A DNA stretch of 64,000 nt, taken from positions 39,620,001 to 39,684,000 of the forward strand of contig NC_086108.1 in NCBI RefSeq assembly GCF_963921235.1. The letters are read 5' to 3'. Positions 1 to 11,600 of the stretch are shown piece after piece. The stretch is from Mobula hypostoma. Its lineage: Eukaryota. Under the pieces are notes generated by a model that saw only the letters and a list, made by a program, of their open reading frames with translations, did no database searches and had not been told where the DNA came from. The translations under genes were made by a program, and so were the position numbers. The first letter of the stretch is position 1; each line of letters begins with the position of its first letter.

Positions 1-1320
1 GTCAGCTTGGAAGATACTCTCAATACCCACATAACGTAACCCTGTCAAGGGCAAGTTCATCCTGGTGCAGGTATAACAGGGGGAACTGGAATTTCTGCTG
101 CACATTCCAGGTATTTTGGGTGACCATATAGACCTGTGACAGTGTGGGGACTTTGGTTTCCCTATGGATCATCTCTGCCATAATAAGGAGACTTTCAATT
201 TGCATTAGGCAGAATATGTCAAGAGGAGTGTCTTCTTTTGTAAATTTTTCAGGTATTTCCTTTTCCAGAGCAAATGGGACAATCCATTGCATTTCTGTGA
301 TTAGTTGTCCCCTTGAATTCAATCTTGTAATTGTGCCCTCCAAGAACAGAACCCATGTCTGCCTTTGTGCCACTGATGAGAGTGGAACACCCGCTGTGGA
401 TTGAAAATGAAACACTAGCTGTTGATGATCAGTACTGAGTGTAAACTCTGTCCCATACAGGTAGTGGTAGAAACATTTTAAACCCCAAACCAGACTCAAG
501 GTCTCCCTGTCAATTTTCCATGCGGCGGCAAGGGAACATGATGCAAAGTCACTTCCATCCCTCATATCATGTGACATGACTGCACCTATACCATAACACA
601 AGGTGTCACAGGCAAGCTTCACTGGATGATGTGGATTGCAATGAGTAATTACAGTGTCTAACCTCACCATTTCTTTTGTCTTTTTAAACCCACATCACAC
701 TGCTTTGTCCATTGCTATTTCTTCCCGATCTGTAGTAATGAGTTCAAGGGGTGGAGCGCAGTAGCTAGGTTTGGCAGGAATCTCTTATAGTAATTGACAA
801 AACCTAAAAAGGACCACAACTGTGTCACGTCCTTTCGCCTTGGGAGCATCCCCTGCTTCTTGAATTTTCTCCGCACATTTACACATCAATAGTGTGACCA
901 CAGTTAAGTGATGCTTGTTTTAAAGAATTCACACTTGTTGCGCGTGCTCTGAACCCATACCTTGTAATTTTTTTAATACTGTCTTGAGATTTTGGAGATG
1001 TTCCTTGACACCCTCAATGGTAACAATGATGTCATCCAGGTAACACTGAGTGCTGGGCAGCCTAACAGCACCTGGTCCATAGCTTTCTGCCAGAGATGCT
1101 ACTTCAAAAATAAGCTTATTAAAGCCCTTTATGGTGAGAAACACTTTGGATTCTTCTCCCATCTCCATCTGCAGTAGGCCTGGCATTGCCCATGGGCTCC
1201 ATTCAAGTTTGGGATGAATTCCTTCAGCCTCCCTGCGATCTAGCTCACCGGCTACTTTATCACAGATGGTATAAGAGACTGGACAGGCCTTGTAAAACTT
1301 TGTTCTGATGACTGTTTATT
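1..1320 (-). mobile_element. Degenerate Ty3/Gypsy pol fragment (RT and RNase H), running off the window edge
   Basis: ORF 929..1186 contains CYLDDIIVT (RT YxDD). ORF 20..670 contains LACD..YGIGAVMSH and HYLYGTEFTLSTDH (Gypsy RNase H). Many frameshifts. Confidence 0.85.
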
Positions 1321-1424
1321 AAATCTTCCAGTATATTTGACATTTAGGTAGGGCAGACGAAGCGCAAAAGAAGTTACATAGTCCTTGTGATAAAGATTTC
1401 AACCCAAAAAGAGTAAAGGCTTCA

Positions 1425-1672
1425 GAGTCTGCAGATGTTGGAGTCTGGAGCAACAAACAATCTGCTGGAGTAACTCAGCAGGTCATGCAGAGGTCTGTTG
1501 GGGAAATGAATGATTGACATTTGCAGTCCAAGTTATATTTGCATTTATATAAAACATATTATTAAATAAATTATTATATTTACAGAAGCATTGCCTCCAC
1601 ACCCCGCTCCCACACACACACAGAAGCTGCTTGACCAGTTGAGCTCCTCCAGCAAATATCTTTTGTTGCTCC
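1425..1672. repeat. Penelope-pLTR-derived inverted-repeat element with an AT-rich spacer
   Basis: ggagcaacaaacaatctgctggagtaactcagcaggtca (~1447) is an imperfect reverse complement of tgaccagttgagctcctccagcaaatatcttttgttgctcc (~1632-1672). Same motif family as 18615-18814 and 44705-44830. Confidence 0.6.
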
Positions 1673-3394
1673 ACAATACATAGACTGAATCAATATGGAT
1701 GGCAGTAAGAGATGACAACTAATGTAAGACCCTGTTTGCAGTGGTTTCCAGGCCCCTGAAGAGCAGCCATAGTATTAGAGAGAATCAATCAAGCCTGTGG
1801 CAGAAGATAATACAATAATTATGTGATACTTTAATCTTCCTCTTCTTGCTCACTATTTGGAAGTAACTAAAAGTAGTTAGTAGATTGCACTTGTAACAGT
1901 TTTCTGCAAAAGTAAGTCCTGGAGATATCTCGGGAGCAGGTTATCTTAAAGGCTGCCTTCTGTGATGAGGCAGGCTTCATTAATCTCAGTGTAATTGATT
2001 CTCTGGGGGAAAGTATTCACAATGTTATAGCTTTTTTCCAGTCTCAGAGAGGCATACTGAAGCTACTCTGCCTTAAACATATAATGCCAGTATGTGGAAT
2101 ATATTGTCCAAAATGGATTGAGAAATAAAGTTAAAAGGTTTAATAATTAACTGTTTGAAAGAGTTAGGAGAATTATTTCAAAATTCTTGAAAACTGTATA
2201 TTTAATTGATAAATGAAATTCCACAGGAGTGATGCCTGGGGAGATTAAGAATGGTATTAAATTAAAAGAATATCAAAGTTGACAGGAAGCCTTGTTGAGT
2301 ATATAGAAGGCAGCTATGAAAGACTGGGGAGATGACTGGAACTATATTAAAAAAGCCATATCGATGGGCTATCTCCACCTTTGTGGAAAGAAATTATGTT
2401 ACAAGAATGAATCAATGATTCAATGGCAGGGTCACTATAATGGGAATAAATAAATGACTGTTATCAGATGGCAAAGTGGACTGGAATCATAGGATCAGAC
2501 AGGGTTTTACTGAAGATGGAGGAGGTTTGACCTGTTGTGATACCCATCTTTTCACTTTGTGTTTCATAACACTGATATAACATGTAATTCTGGAACAGTG
2601 TTTCATTCAAGAGTGTTGCATAATTTTGGGTGATGGATGGCATAGTAATGTCTGATTGTGGGAGAAGGCTATGATGAGTGGAGAACTGAAATGTCATTTA
2701 GTAGGGTTAGCCTATCACCCTCTGATTACGAGAGGTAAGTGGGTTGTGCAATGGAATTCCAAGGGTACTGAATTGAGTATGGCTGGGGAATGAGTATAAT
2801 TCTTGGGGCAATGTTATACTTAGAAGGGTTGAGGGGAAAATATTAATATGGTTGTAAGAAACGTACTATGAGGGATGGTGTGTGTGACTGTGTGCAGGAG
2901 TAACTATATTTCTGGGAAAGAGGTACAAGGCTGGCTGTAAGTATAATTTAGTGAGTGGGGAGAGTATAGCTCCAAGGGAAGGTGCTGAATATAATTCCAA
3001 ACAGATAGGTGTATGTGTCTAACTCCAGTGATGGGAGAGGAGCTGAAATGGAAAAATAGGGGAAATATAATTTGCCAGGGGTTAGGTGTAGGACTGTGAA
3101 ATGAACAAACTTAACTTTGGGACAGGCAGCCTAAGTTGATTGTTTACCCCAGAATTTAGCTTGAATTGAAGCACAAAGGCAATATTTTTGAATAATCACC
3201 TATATTTTTCAAGTATTTATGTGAAATAATTATATGGAGTCTTGACCAATGTCGCTGCAGTTTTGCCCTGGAACATAGATGGATCCCACAGACTTCATAA
3301 TTGGTGCTAAATGCCTGGCCTTGACCAAGAACTTGCAGCTTTCTCAGGTGTGTAATCTTTGCTGCTGAGGTTGTACCCAAAGATCCACACTAGG

Positions 3395-3600
3395 AGCTGC
3401 TCCTGGGGAAACTATCAGCCATTGAAGGACACTGTCAGGTCGGTCCAAAGCTCACTGGTCTCCAGTGAGGGTGTTGATCATGACTGAGTGCTATAAACTG
3501 GCACACTCAAAGATTCAGGGCTCTGTTCCGAGGGAAGCACTGAAGCTGGGTGCAACAGCAATGACTCAATGGGAAAGAGCCACAAGGCATCACTGCACAC
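3395..3600 (+). mobile_element. Tx1-like LINE 3' end fragment (degenerate)
   Basis: Translates to ...TECYKLAHSKIQGSVPREALKLGATA..., resembling the Tx1 ORF2 C-terminus as I recall it. Confidence 0.5.
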
Positions 3601-3831
3601 AATTTAGGAAAAATCTGTGTTAAAGCCCCAGAATTATTTGCAATAACTATAAAAAGATGTTTTATAATCAGTGTTGTCTCAGGGGCCCAAAGACCCCCTT
3701 TCTATCCTATACCTCTCTATGATAACCAATGGCCTGCTAAAGCTAAGAAACATGAGAAACATAACTTGAGCAACACACATCAAAGTTGCTGGTGAACGCA
3801 GCAGGCCAGGCAGCATCTCTAGGAAGAGGTA

Positions 3832-3868
3832 CAGTCGACGTTTCGGGCCCAGACGCTTCATCAGGACT
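3832..3868 (-). ncRNA. Minimal type I hammerhead ribozyme motif in the Penelope pLTR
   Basis: Minus strand reads agtc CTGATGA agcgtctgggccc GAAA cgtc gact: both core boxes, stem I agtc/gact, palindromic ACGT in place of helix III. Confidence 0.75.
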
Positions 3869-4160
3869 AACTGAAGGAAGAGCTAGTAAGAGATTTGGAA
3901 GTGGGAGGGGGAGGGGGAGATCCAAAATGATAGGAGAAGACAGGAGGGGGGGATGGAGCCAAGAGCTGGACAGGTGATTGGCAAAAGGGATATGAGAGGA
4001 TCATGGGACAGGAGGCCAAGGGAGAAGGAAAAGGGAGAGGGGGGGAAAACCCAGAGGATGGACAAGGGGTATAGTCAGAGGGACAGAGGGAGAAAAAGGA
4101 GAGAGAGAGAAAGAATATATGTATACAAAAAAATAATGGATGGGGTACAAGGGGGAGGAA

Positions 4161-4827
4161 TTAGCGGAAGTTAGAGAAGTCAATGTTCATGCCATCAGGT
4201 TGGAGGCTACCCAGATGGAATATAAGGTGTTGTTCCTCCAACCTGAGTGTGGCTTCATCTTTACAGTAGAGGAGGCCGTGGATAAACATATCAGAATGGG
4301 AATGGGACGTGGAATTAAAATGTGTGGCCACTGGGAGATCCTGCTTTCTTTGGCAGACACAGCGTAGGTGTTCAGCAAAATGATCTCCCAGTCTGCGTCG
4401 GGTCTCGCCAATATATAGAAGGCCACATCGGGAGCACCGGATGCAGTATATCACCCCAGCCGACTCACAAGTGAAGTGTCGCCTCACCTGGAAGGACTGT
4501 CTGGTGCCCTGAATGGTGGTGAGGGGGGAAGTGTAAGGGCATGTGTAGCACTTGTTCCGCTTACAAGGATAAGTGCCAGGAGGGAGATTGGTGTGGAGGG
4601 AGGGGGGGGACGAATGGACCAGGGAGTTGCATAGGGAGCGATCCCTGCGGAATGCAGGGGGGGGGGAGGGAAAGATGTGCTTAGTGGTGGGATCTCGTTG
4701 GAGGTGGCGGAAGTTACGGAGAATAATATGTTGGACCTGGAGGCTGGTGGGGTGGTAGGTGAGGACCAGGGGAACCCTATTCCTAGTGGGGTGGCGGGAG
4801 GACGGAGTGAGAGCATATGTGCATGAA
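4161..4827 (-). CDS. Penelope C-terminal GIY-YIG endonuclease (truncated ORF, RT lost)
   Basis: GVIYCIRCSRCGLLYIGETRRRL...EH (GIY-CxxC-YIG), linker Cys motif CKRNKCYTC, C-terminal LQPDGMN. Confidence 0.88.
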
Positions 4828-5059
4828 ATGAGAAACATAACTTGTGCTGGAAATGTTGACTTGAATGTTCTGTATTATGTAATTCTGATTTTTTTTTAAT
4901 ATATAGGTAAAGTATACTTTGAAATTGAAATAAACCCATTTAAGGCCTCTTCTTACACAGGAGTTAATGAAGATGGCAGACGTGTCCCATTTCTATGCAT
5001 TTCCCTCAACTTCAAGGCAGCCTTTTCTGTGGTCACATTGATGATTGTTCATTAGGCTT

Positions 5060-5282
5060 TGTTGTGTATGTGGCCTGGTTACACAATAATGCTACTAATA
5101 AAAACGCTGGAGACGGGAGCTAAGGTTTATGGTTCTTTACTGGCAGAAACTGAACTCGGCACACCCGTACAGATCAATATGTGCCTAATGGCGCATGCTC
5201 AATACGTGCCTAATAGCGCATGCAACAACGTGTCCCTACAACATAAAGTAGTCCCTTATTGTACTGTAGGCCATACAGTACA
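5060..5282 (-). repeat. 3' LTR of the SUDS3-carrying element
   Basis: Direct repeat of 8403-8625, adjacent to the PPT. Confidence 0.92.
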
Positions 5283-5394
5283 CCCCTCCCCTTTTTATTT
5301 TAATGGTGCATCAACTGTTTATTTTACTGGGTCACTCTGCTAAACAAATATGTCTACCCTTAACATACAAACACCTGCCAGTTGTTTACTTAGT

Positions 5395-5478
5395 AACTTA
5401 ATAATATCAAATAATAACAAAGTAACATAATAATATCAAATTATAACAAAGTAATGTAATAATATCAAATTATAACAA
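5395..5478. repeat. AT-rich tandem repeat, ~29-bp unit x ~3
   Basis: taataatatcaaa(t/a)ataacaaagtaa repeated. Confidence 0.8.
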
Positions 5479-5877
5479 GCCTTTTTTTTTAACTTTTGGT
5501 CTAAGACCTATTTATAACTCAAGTCTCTGGGGGTGCGGGGGAGGGATCTTCTCTAGATTATCCAGCACTGAATAGGCAAATAAGTGTTCACTCTATTGTC
5601 TGGAATAAATTGAACAATCCACAAACTGGCAAGCTCCAGCCATGAAGAGTAGTCACCTCTATCTTGCAAAGATGAAAAAAGCAAAGTGAAATCCGTGAAA
5701 AGGTGAATGTTATTCTTAAAAATAACTGGGATGGCATTGGAAAGTGTCTTCAAATAGTGTGTTCTTCAGTCTGTCAATAAACTTGTTTGTTTCAATACAG
5801 ATTTCTATATAAAAGTCATGAACAGTTGACCCCTGAGCATAGGGAGTTAAGATGTGTGCCTCCACTTGCTAAGAGTT

Positions 5878-6814
5878 CTAGGCAGCAGATCACCTATGTA
5901 AAATGAAGGTTCCTCTGTGCAGCTGTCCCTAGATATTTACACATCTTTGTGCTGTCACTTGTCTTCCTTACCCATATCTCATTTGTTCCAACTGAGCTAA
6001 TTATACAGTCAATCTTCATATTCTCCTTAGATTCCAAATAGATAGCCTGACCTTTATGACACCATCTCTTATTATGATATAACTTTCCATCTTCTATTCG
6101 TGCTTCATATCTTTGTGCTGGTGATTCAGCAGGAGAGCTGGAAAGATGCTCAGGAGAAGACGGAGGTGTTGGTCTTTTTGGAAATTTAAGCTTATTGAGA
6201 GTTTGCAGATCTTCCATTATCTGTTCATCCATTAACAAGTAAGTTAACTGCGCAGGTGCAGGTTTTCGTCTTTTATCTGTATTTGGAACAGGGTCATTAG
6301 GTCTTCTCCTTAGTTTCCTAGCCATTATTAGCTTTACCTCCATAGAACCTCCTGTGAGTTTCATTGTTAGCCTCTCATTCTCAATCATCTTTTTCTTTTC
6401 TTGTAACTCAATCTTTTTATCTTCAAATTCCTTCACTGCTGCTTTCTTCTCTTTAATGCAATTCCTTTCCACTTGTTCTGTCTCCAGTTGAAGAAAAAGC
6501 TCTGCATTTCATGTTCTTTCCTTGTATTGTTGATCTAGTTTCTTTATTCTTTTCTGATACTCCTGCAAAATGTCTTCCTGTAACTGCTGTAGCTGTCTTT
6601 TGAGAGATGTCAATTTCTCCTGGTACATTTGCTCTTTTACTTCCAGGTAGTCTTCATCATCCTGCTTATTGACAATATCTGTCTCCCTTGCATCCTCTGT
6701 ATCTTCATCCAAGTTGCTGCCACGGATACTGCGTTCCTCCTCATTGTCAATGCTGTCTAGCTCCTCCTCGTCGTTGTAATAGTCGACAATGGGTGAGAGG
6801 AGAGCTGCGGACAT
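5878..6814 (-). pseudogene. SUDS3: Processed (intronless) SUDS3/SDS3 retrocopy, Sin3-HDAC corepressor subunit
   Basis: MSAALL...[21 protein letters not shown]...[16 protein letters not shown]...[12 protein letters not shown]...[10 protein letters not shown]...[13 protein letters not shown]...SAA* follows vertebrate SUDS3 end to end. Lesions: in-frame TGA at 6509-6511, ~8-codon deletion near 6400, +1 frameshift near 5928. Confidence 0.95.
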
Positions 6815-6829
6815 CTTCCCTGCCGAGCT

Positions 6830-7130
6830 GCCCTCCTTTGTTGACACATCTAGTGCCTTGATGGTGTGCCAATCCAGCTGGATTTTCCTGAGCCATTCAT
6901 GTCCCAGCAACAGTGGTCCTCTATTTTTCAGTACATAGAAGTGCAGTTGCTGTGTTTTATCACCATAGGTCATTGTCACTTTAATTTTGCCTTCGGGATG
7001 CACTTTTTTAAATCTTTAGTAGAAGTTTAGTTCGTTTCAGAGGTATGTGCAAAAACAGTCATTTGTAGTCATGTACACAGATCACTGTTGAAGCTGAGCC
7101 TGTGTCCAACTCCATTTTCAGTCTCACGCC
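6830..7130 (-). pseudogene. Gypsy aspartic protease (frameshifted); C-terminal half in frame with SUDS3
   Basis: MELDTGSAS (DTG at 7098-7106) and [26 protein letters not shown] in ORF 6509..7003. Confidence 0.85.
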
Positions 7131-7260
7131 CACCACTTGTGGAGTGATCCATATTACTCTTCGATCATCTGTCTCTTTCACGCTGTGAATTTGCCGACAA
7201 GACAATTCACTTTCATAGGAGTCGTTTTCATCAAACTGCTTTTATCAGGACTGCCTTCTT

Positions 7261-8023
7261 TCATTTTATGTACCTTCTTGTATTTTCCTTTCTGGGGTTT
7301 TTTGTTTCTCTGTATGTTGCCTTTTTCTGCTGTTTACTAGCTTTGCATACTCTGCCAATGTGGCCCTGTTTGCCACAGTTTCTGCATTTTTTGTCTTTAA
7401 ACCAACAGTCATCAGGGTCATGTGACCTGTTCCCGCAATGGTAACATTTCTTTCCTTCATTCCTGTTCAGTGACATTTTATTTGTGGCATATTCCAGAGA
7501 TTTTTGTTGTATCTCGGAAGCACCCTGTGCTGCTGTTTCCATTGATATTGCAATGTTGAGCGCTTTCTCGAATGTAAAGTCTCTTTCACACAGAAGCTTC
7601 TTCTGTGTGGTTTCACAGTGCATGCCACACACTAATCTGTCCCTCAATGCGTCCAATAGACCAGCTCAAGTTGACAATGTTCTGATAATTTGTGCAATTC
7701 AGCACAATATTCAGAAATGCTTTCATTTTTGCTCTGATTCCAATTGTGAAATTTAAATCTTTCAGCAATGACCAGTGGTTTGGGATTTAAATGCTGTTGG
7801 AGAGTGTCTACTATTTGCTTGAACGTTTTGTCAGCTGGCTTTTCAGGGGTTAACAAGCTCTGTAGCAGGCCGTATGTTTTTGCTCCCATAATGCTGAGTA
7901 AGACACTGGCTTTCTTTTCATCTTTAACATTGTTAGCCTCACAATGTAACTCCACTCTTTCAATGTAAATTGCCCAGTTTCAATGCCACTATCAAATGCT
8001 GTAATGGTTCCAATCATCACCAT
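7261..8023 (-). pseudogene. Gypsy gag (frameshifted) with two CCHC zinc knuckles
   Basis: PKPLVIAERFKF, LRDRLVCG, CYHCGNRSHDPDDC and CRNCGKQGHIGRVC across ORFs 7644..7955 and 7261..7656. Confidence 0.9.
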
Positions 8024-8402
8024 CTTTGTTATGTTAATTAAGCCCCGTTTTCCCCTTATTTTCCTTTTTGACTCACATGTCCTTTTTGCTAGCGCCATGA
8101 GTGCACTCCGTCTAGATGTGTGTGTGTTGCTCCTTTTTATCTCCCTTCTGGGGCAGACAGACGCTCAGCACCTGGGGGTTAGTGCCAGCTGTGGTCTCGG
8201 CTGGATGTGCTGCAGCTCTGTGTCTCGGTCTCCCGACGTTCCCGACCCCAGCTGTGCTCCCGCTTCCTTTCAGACTCATAGCCTCGCTCTGCCTCCTTCT
8301 CCTGCTCCTTGGCTCGTACCTTGCGCTCTTCTTCAGAGTGTCATTATCAATTAAAACATGGTGTTCTGATATGATGTAGGTTCATTAACCTCGTCGCCAA
8401 TT

Positions 8403-8625
8403 TGTTGTGTATGTGGCCTGGTTACACAACAATGCTATTAATAAAAACGCTGGAAACAGGAGCTAAGGTTCATGATTCTTTACTGGCAGAAGCCAAACTC
8501 GGCACACATGTACAGATCAATACGCACCTAATAGCGCATGTTCAATATGTGCCTAATAGCGCATGCAACAAGGTGTCACTACAACATAAAGTAGTCCCTT
8601 ATTATACTGTAGGCCATACAGTACA
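8403..8625 (-). repeat. 5' LTR of the SUDS3-carrying element
   Basis: Direct repeat of 5060-5282, followed on the minus strand by the PBS. Confidence 0.92.
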
Positions 8626-11600
8626 GGTTTTCACTCACTTCCCATCAACCCTTGTAAGAATGACACAGGAGTTGTGAACTTGGCACATAGTTCCCAACAG
8701 GAACTACACAGATCCTGCTTTAGTACAGGATTGTGTTTGCATAATGCTCGTAACAGATTTTAACCCAATTTACAAATATTTTCAGGAGACCCAATTGGGA
8801 TTACATAACATGGAGCACTTGTCCAGCACACCAAAAGAGGGAGAAAACCTCTTTCTGAGTATTTGTATTTCTCTCACAACTTCAACAAATTTGGCTGCTT
8901 TATATTCAGTCCCTTCATTTATCACGAATCTGCTGTGTAAAGTGTTGAGGGCCTATGGCATCTTATGGTATCCTAGGTGCCTGTGGCATCCAACTTCTTA
9001 GATTTTGCAAGCCTGAAAATTGCAACCATTAGTCTCCTGTTAGACAATCCTGTTTCCTTAATATATAACTCTCAACACCATGAACTCTCAACATCATGAG
9101 CGCTTAACTTCAACATTAACCTTTACCTGAAACCTTTTTGAATGCCTTTTGGAGTACACTACAGCTACTACAATCCTTCATCCACTCTGCTTGTTAGGGC
9201 CTTAAAGAATTCTCATTAATTTTTAGATGCTATTTCGCTTTTCAAAAATTGTGTTACCTCTCCGGAATTATAATTATGATCTCTCATATATTTTGCTTCT
9301 TCTTCCTTGCTATTGAATCCCAGCATTTCCCCAACAGCAAATATAAAGCTAACTGGTGTACAGTTTCCTGTTTTTTGCTTCTCCCCTGAAAAAGGGTGTT
9401 ATATTTAATATATTCCAATCTCCTTTGACCTTTCCGGAATCAAAGAATGGATTCACTATCTCTGTAGCTTCTTCATTCAGAGCCTAGAATGAAGGCCATC
9501 AAGCATAGAAGACTTGTTATCTTTTGGTTTCAGTAGCTTGCCTAGTACCTCTCCTCTTGTATTAATGTTGTTTCAAATTCTTTCCTCCCCTTGGCCCCTG
9601 ATTTTGCAAAATTATACCATGAGGAGAGAGAGATGTTTTTGAAGTCTCTATCATTTCCATTTTTTCCCTGTTACTAATCTATGTCACGTAGAAGCTGATT
9701 TATGAGGAAAGGTTGAACAGGTTGGGCCTATTCAATGTTTGGGATTCAGAAAAACATGCAGTGATCTTGATGAAATGTAAGATATTCCATGAGCGCTTCG
9801 TCATCTCATCCACAAGGTGGCCATTGTTTACCTTCTTACTTTGAGGAACCTCCTACAGTCTATTTTATATTTCTTGTTAGTTTATTCCCATAATTTTTTA
9901 CTCCTTCATTATGTTTTCATTGTATTTGGCTTCAGAAATTTTCCAAGTGTTCTAGTTGCTATTAATCTTTGAATTATTTTGTGTTTTTTTGACCTTGTAA
10001 CTACCCTTAGCTTCCTAATTTATCTACGGGTGGATCATTCTTTTCATAATCTTTATTTCTCAGTGAAATATCCTTTAGTTGAAATTTGTGTCATTATCCT
10101 TAAACGTATGGCACATCTTATGTATATTTTTCAATCTGTTTACTCAGTCCAATTTAACCAACACAGACTTCATATTTTTGTAATTGTCTGTATTTCTCTT
10201 AAAATTAAAGGAAATTTTTCACTTGTAATTTCCTTTGATACTTGATCTAATATTGCATGCCTGTTTTCACTTTTAATATCATTCAGTAAATTAATTATGG
10301 AATTAACAGCACATGAAAGAAAGTTTCTCATTTCTCCATTCAATAAACATTGATTATCAGCAGAAATTGACAGCAATGTATATAATTTAGAAACACTTTA
10401 CGAGAATTTAGCATTTCAGTTAAAAAAAATCTTAATATTGGGTATCTTGCTTCCTTGCTGCACTTATATCTTTCAAATGGAAAAACATTAAAGTAAATTG
10501 AATAAACATTTAACCATCTCTTACTACCATTTACCATTACAGTTAAATCATTCACTTATTTATTCCTGGATGGCCACGGTAAGGTGCCAAGTTCAACAAT
10601 CTATTTTGGTGAAAAAGAGGGAATCTAAAAGCATGATTTCAAGGCAGCTCTCTGTATTGAGCATAAAAGTGAGTTGGTTCTGATACACAGCCATATTATT
10701 CACAGGGTTATCAATTTCAGATTAATACCGAAATGAAGCCCACTTTTGGTCCTTATTTAGAGTGTTGCTTTTCTAATTTCCTCAGTTTCAATTTTTACTG
10801 CTTGTGCATAGTTAGGAATATGGGTTTTGATGTTTAACCGCTACTTTTGACTATATTTACAAAGAACAGTTGGTTTATGAGCTGTACAGGAAAGTCCTGT
10901 GGGGAAATGAACCAAAGAGACACATTTGAACCTCAGATGAAGGTCACTCTCCAACCGGGGTTTCAGAACATTGGCAGCTTTTTGTAAATCCCTGGATGCC
11001 ACTTTTTGCAAGAGGTGACGATACCTAGATCGGAAAAATCATCAGTGAACGGCTGGATATCTTACTCTCTTTATTTGTTTAACACTTAGAAAAATGATAC
11101 ATGCCAGATATGAGACATGGGTAGTAACAATTTTTGAAAAGGTTACCTCAACATTGTGTTTTATGGCCATATGTTTTGATTGTATATAGTTCGTCATCTG
11201 AAGATCTACAGATGAAACACTAAATGTATTACTTAATTTTACAATAGAATCAAATTGATTTTTAAGATGTTCAGTTTAGTATAATAATTCATTATTTCTA
11301 TAGTCTTAGTATAATCTGTGATATGTTCCAGCACTACACACTGCAAATGTATATAGTAAAGCAGGAATTTTCCTAAATTTTGGATCAAAGTGGAATGGCA
11401 CTCCACTGGACATCATTGTCATACTAATGTGCAAACTGTTGAACTTTGCCGTCACTAACTCTTTTAAGTACAAATGTGAGACCGAGGTATGCTAAAATGA
11501 ATATTTGAGAGGAAAACTTCTCTTCCACTTAAATTTCATGAGGTCTTTTGTTAATTTATCTTCCAAAGTGGCCCTTGCTGCTAGCTAACCAAAGAAGCAG

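Larger units (their letters stand above)
3769..4827 (-). mobile_element. 5'-truncated Penelope-like element (Neptune-type) with pLTR and 17-bp TSD
   Basis: GIY-YIG ORF plus a downstream hammerhead-bearing pLTR. Flanked by the direct repeat atgagaaacataacttg at 3752-3768 and 4828-4844. Confidence 0.9.
5060..8625 (-). mobile_element. Non-autonomous Gypsy LTR retrotransposon carrying a SUDS3 retrocopy in place of RT/RH/IN
   Basis: 223-bp TG...CA LTRs at 5060-5282 and 8403-8625 (~20 mismatches by hand count). PBS TGGCGACGAGG at 8389-8399 (minus), PPT AGGGGAGGGG at 5283-5292, near-TSD ggctt/ggttt. Confidence 0.93.

Noticed and set aside
5395..5478. CRISPR-like array
   Set aside because: Head-to-tail tandem repeat without spacers, in eukaryotic DNA.
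5059..8677. Paired similar ORFs 5059..5343 and 8402..8677 (likewise 35964..36164 and 40179..40442)
   Set aside because: Incidental translations of LTR sequence, not genes.
10843..11025. Possible minus-strand exon after an acceptor-like tttttccgatctag, open for ~60 codons (YRHLLQKVASRDLQKAANVLKPRLE...)
   Set aside because: No recognisable homology and no partner exons; compatible with chance.
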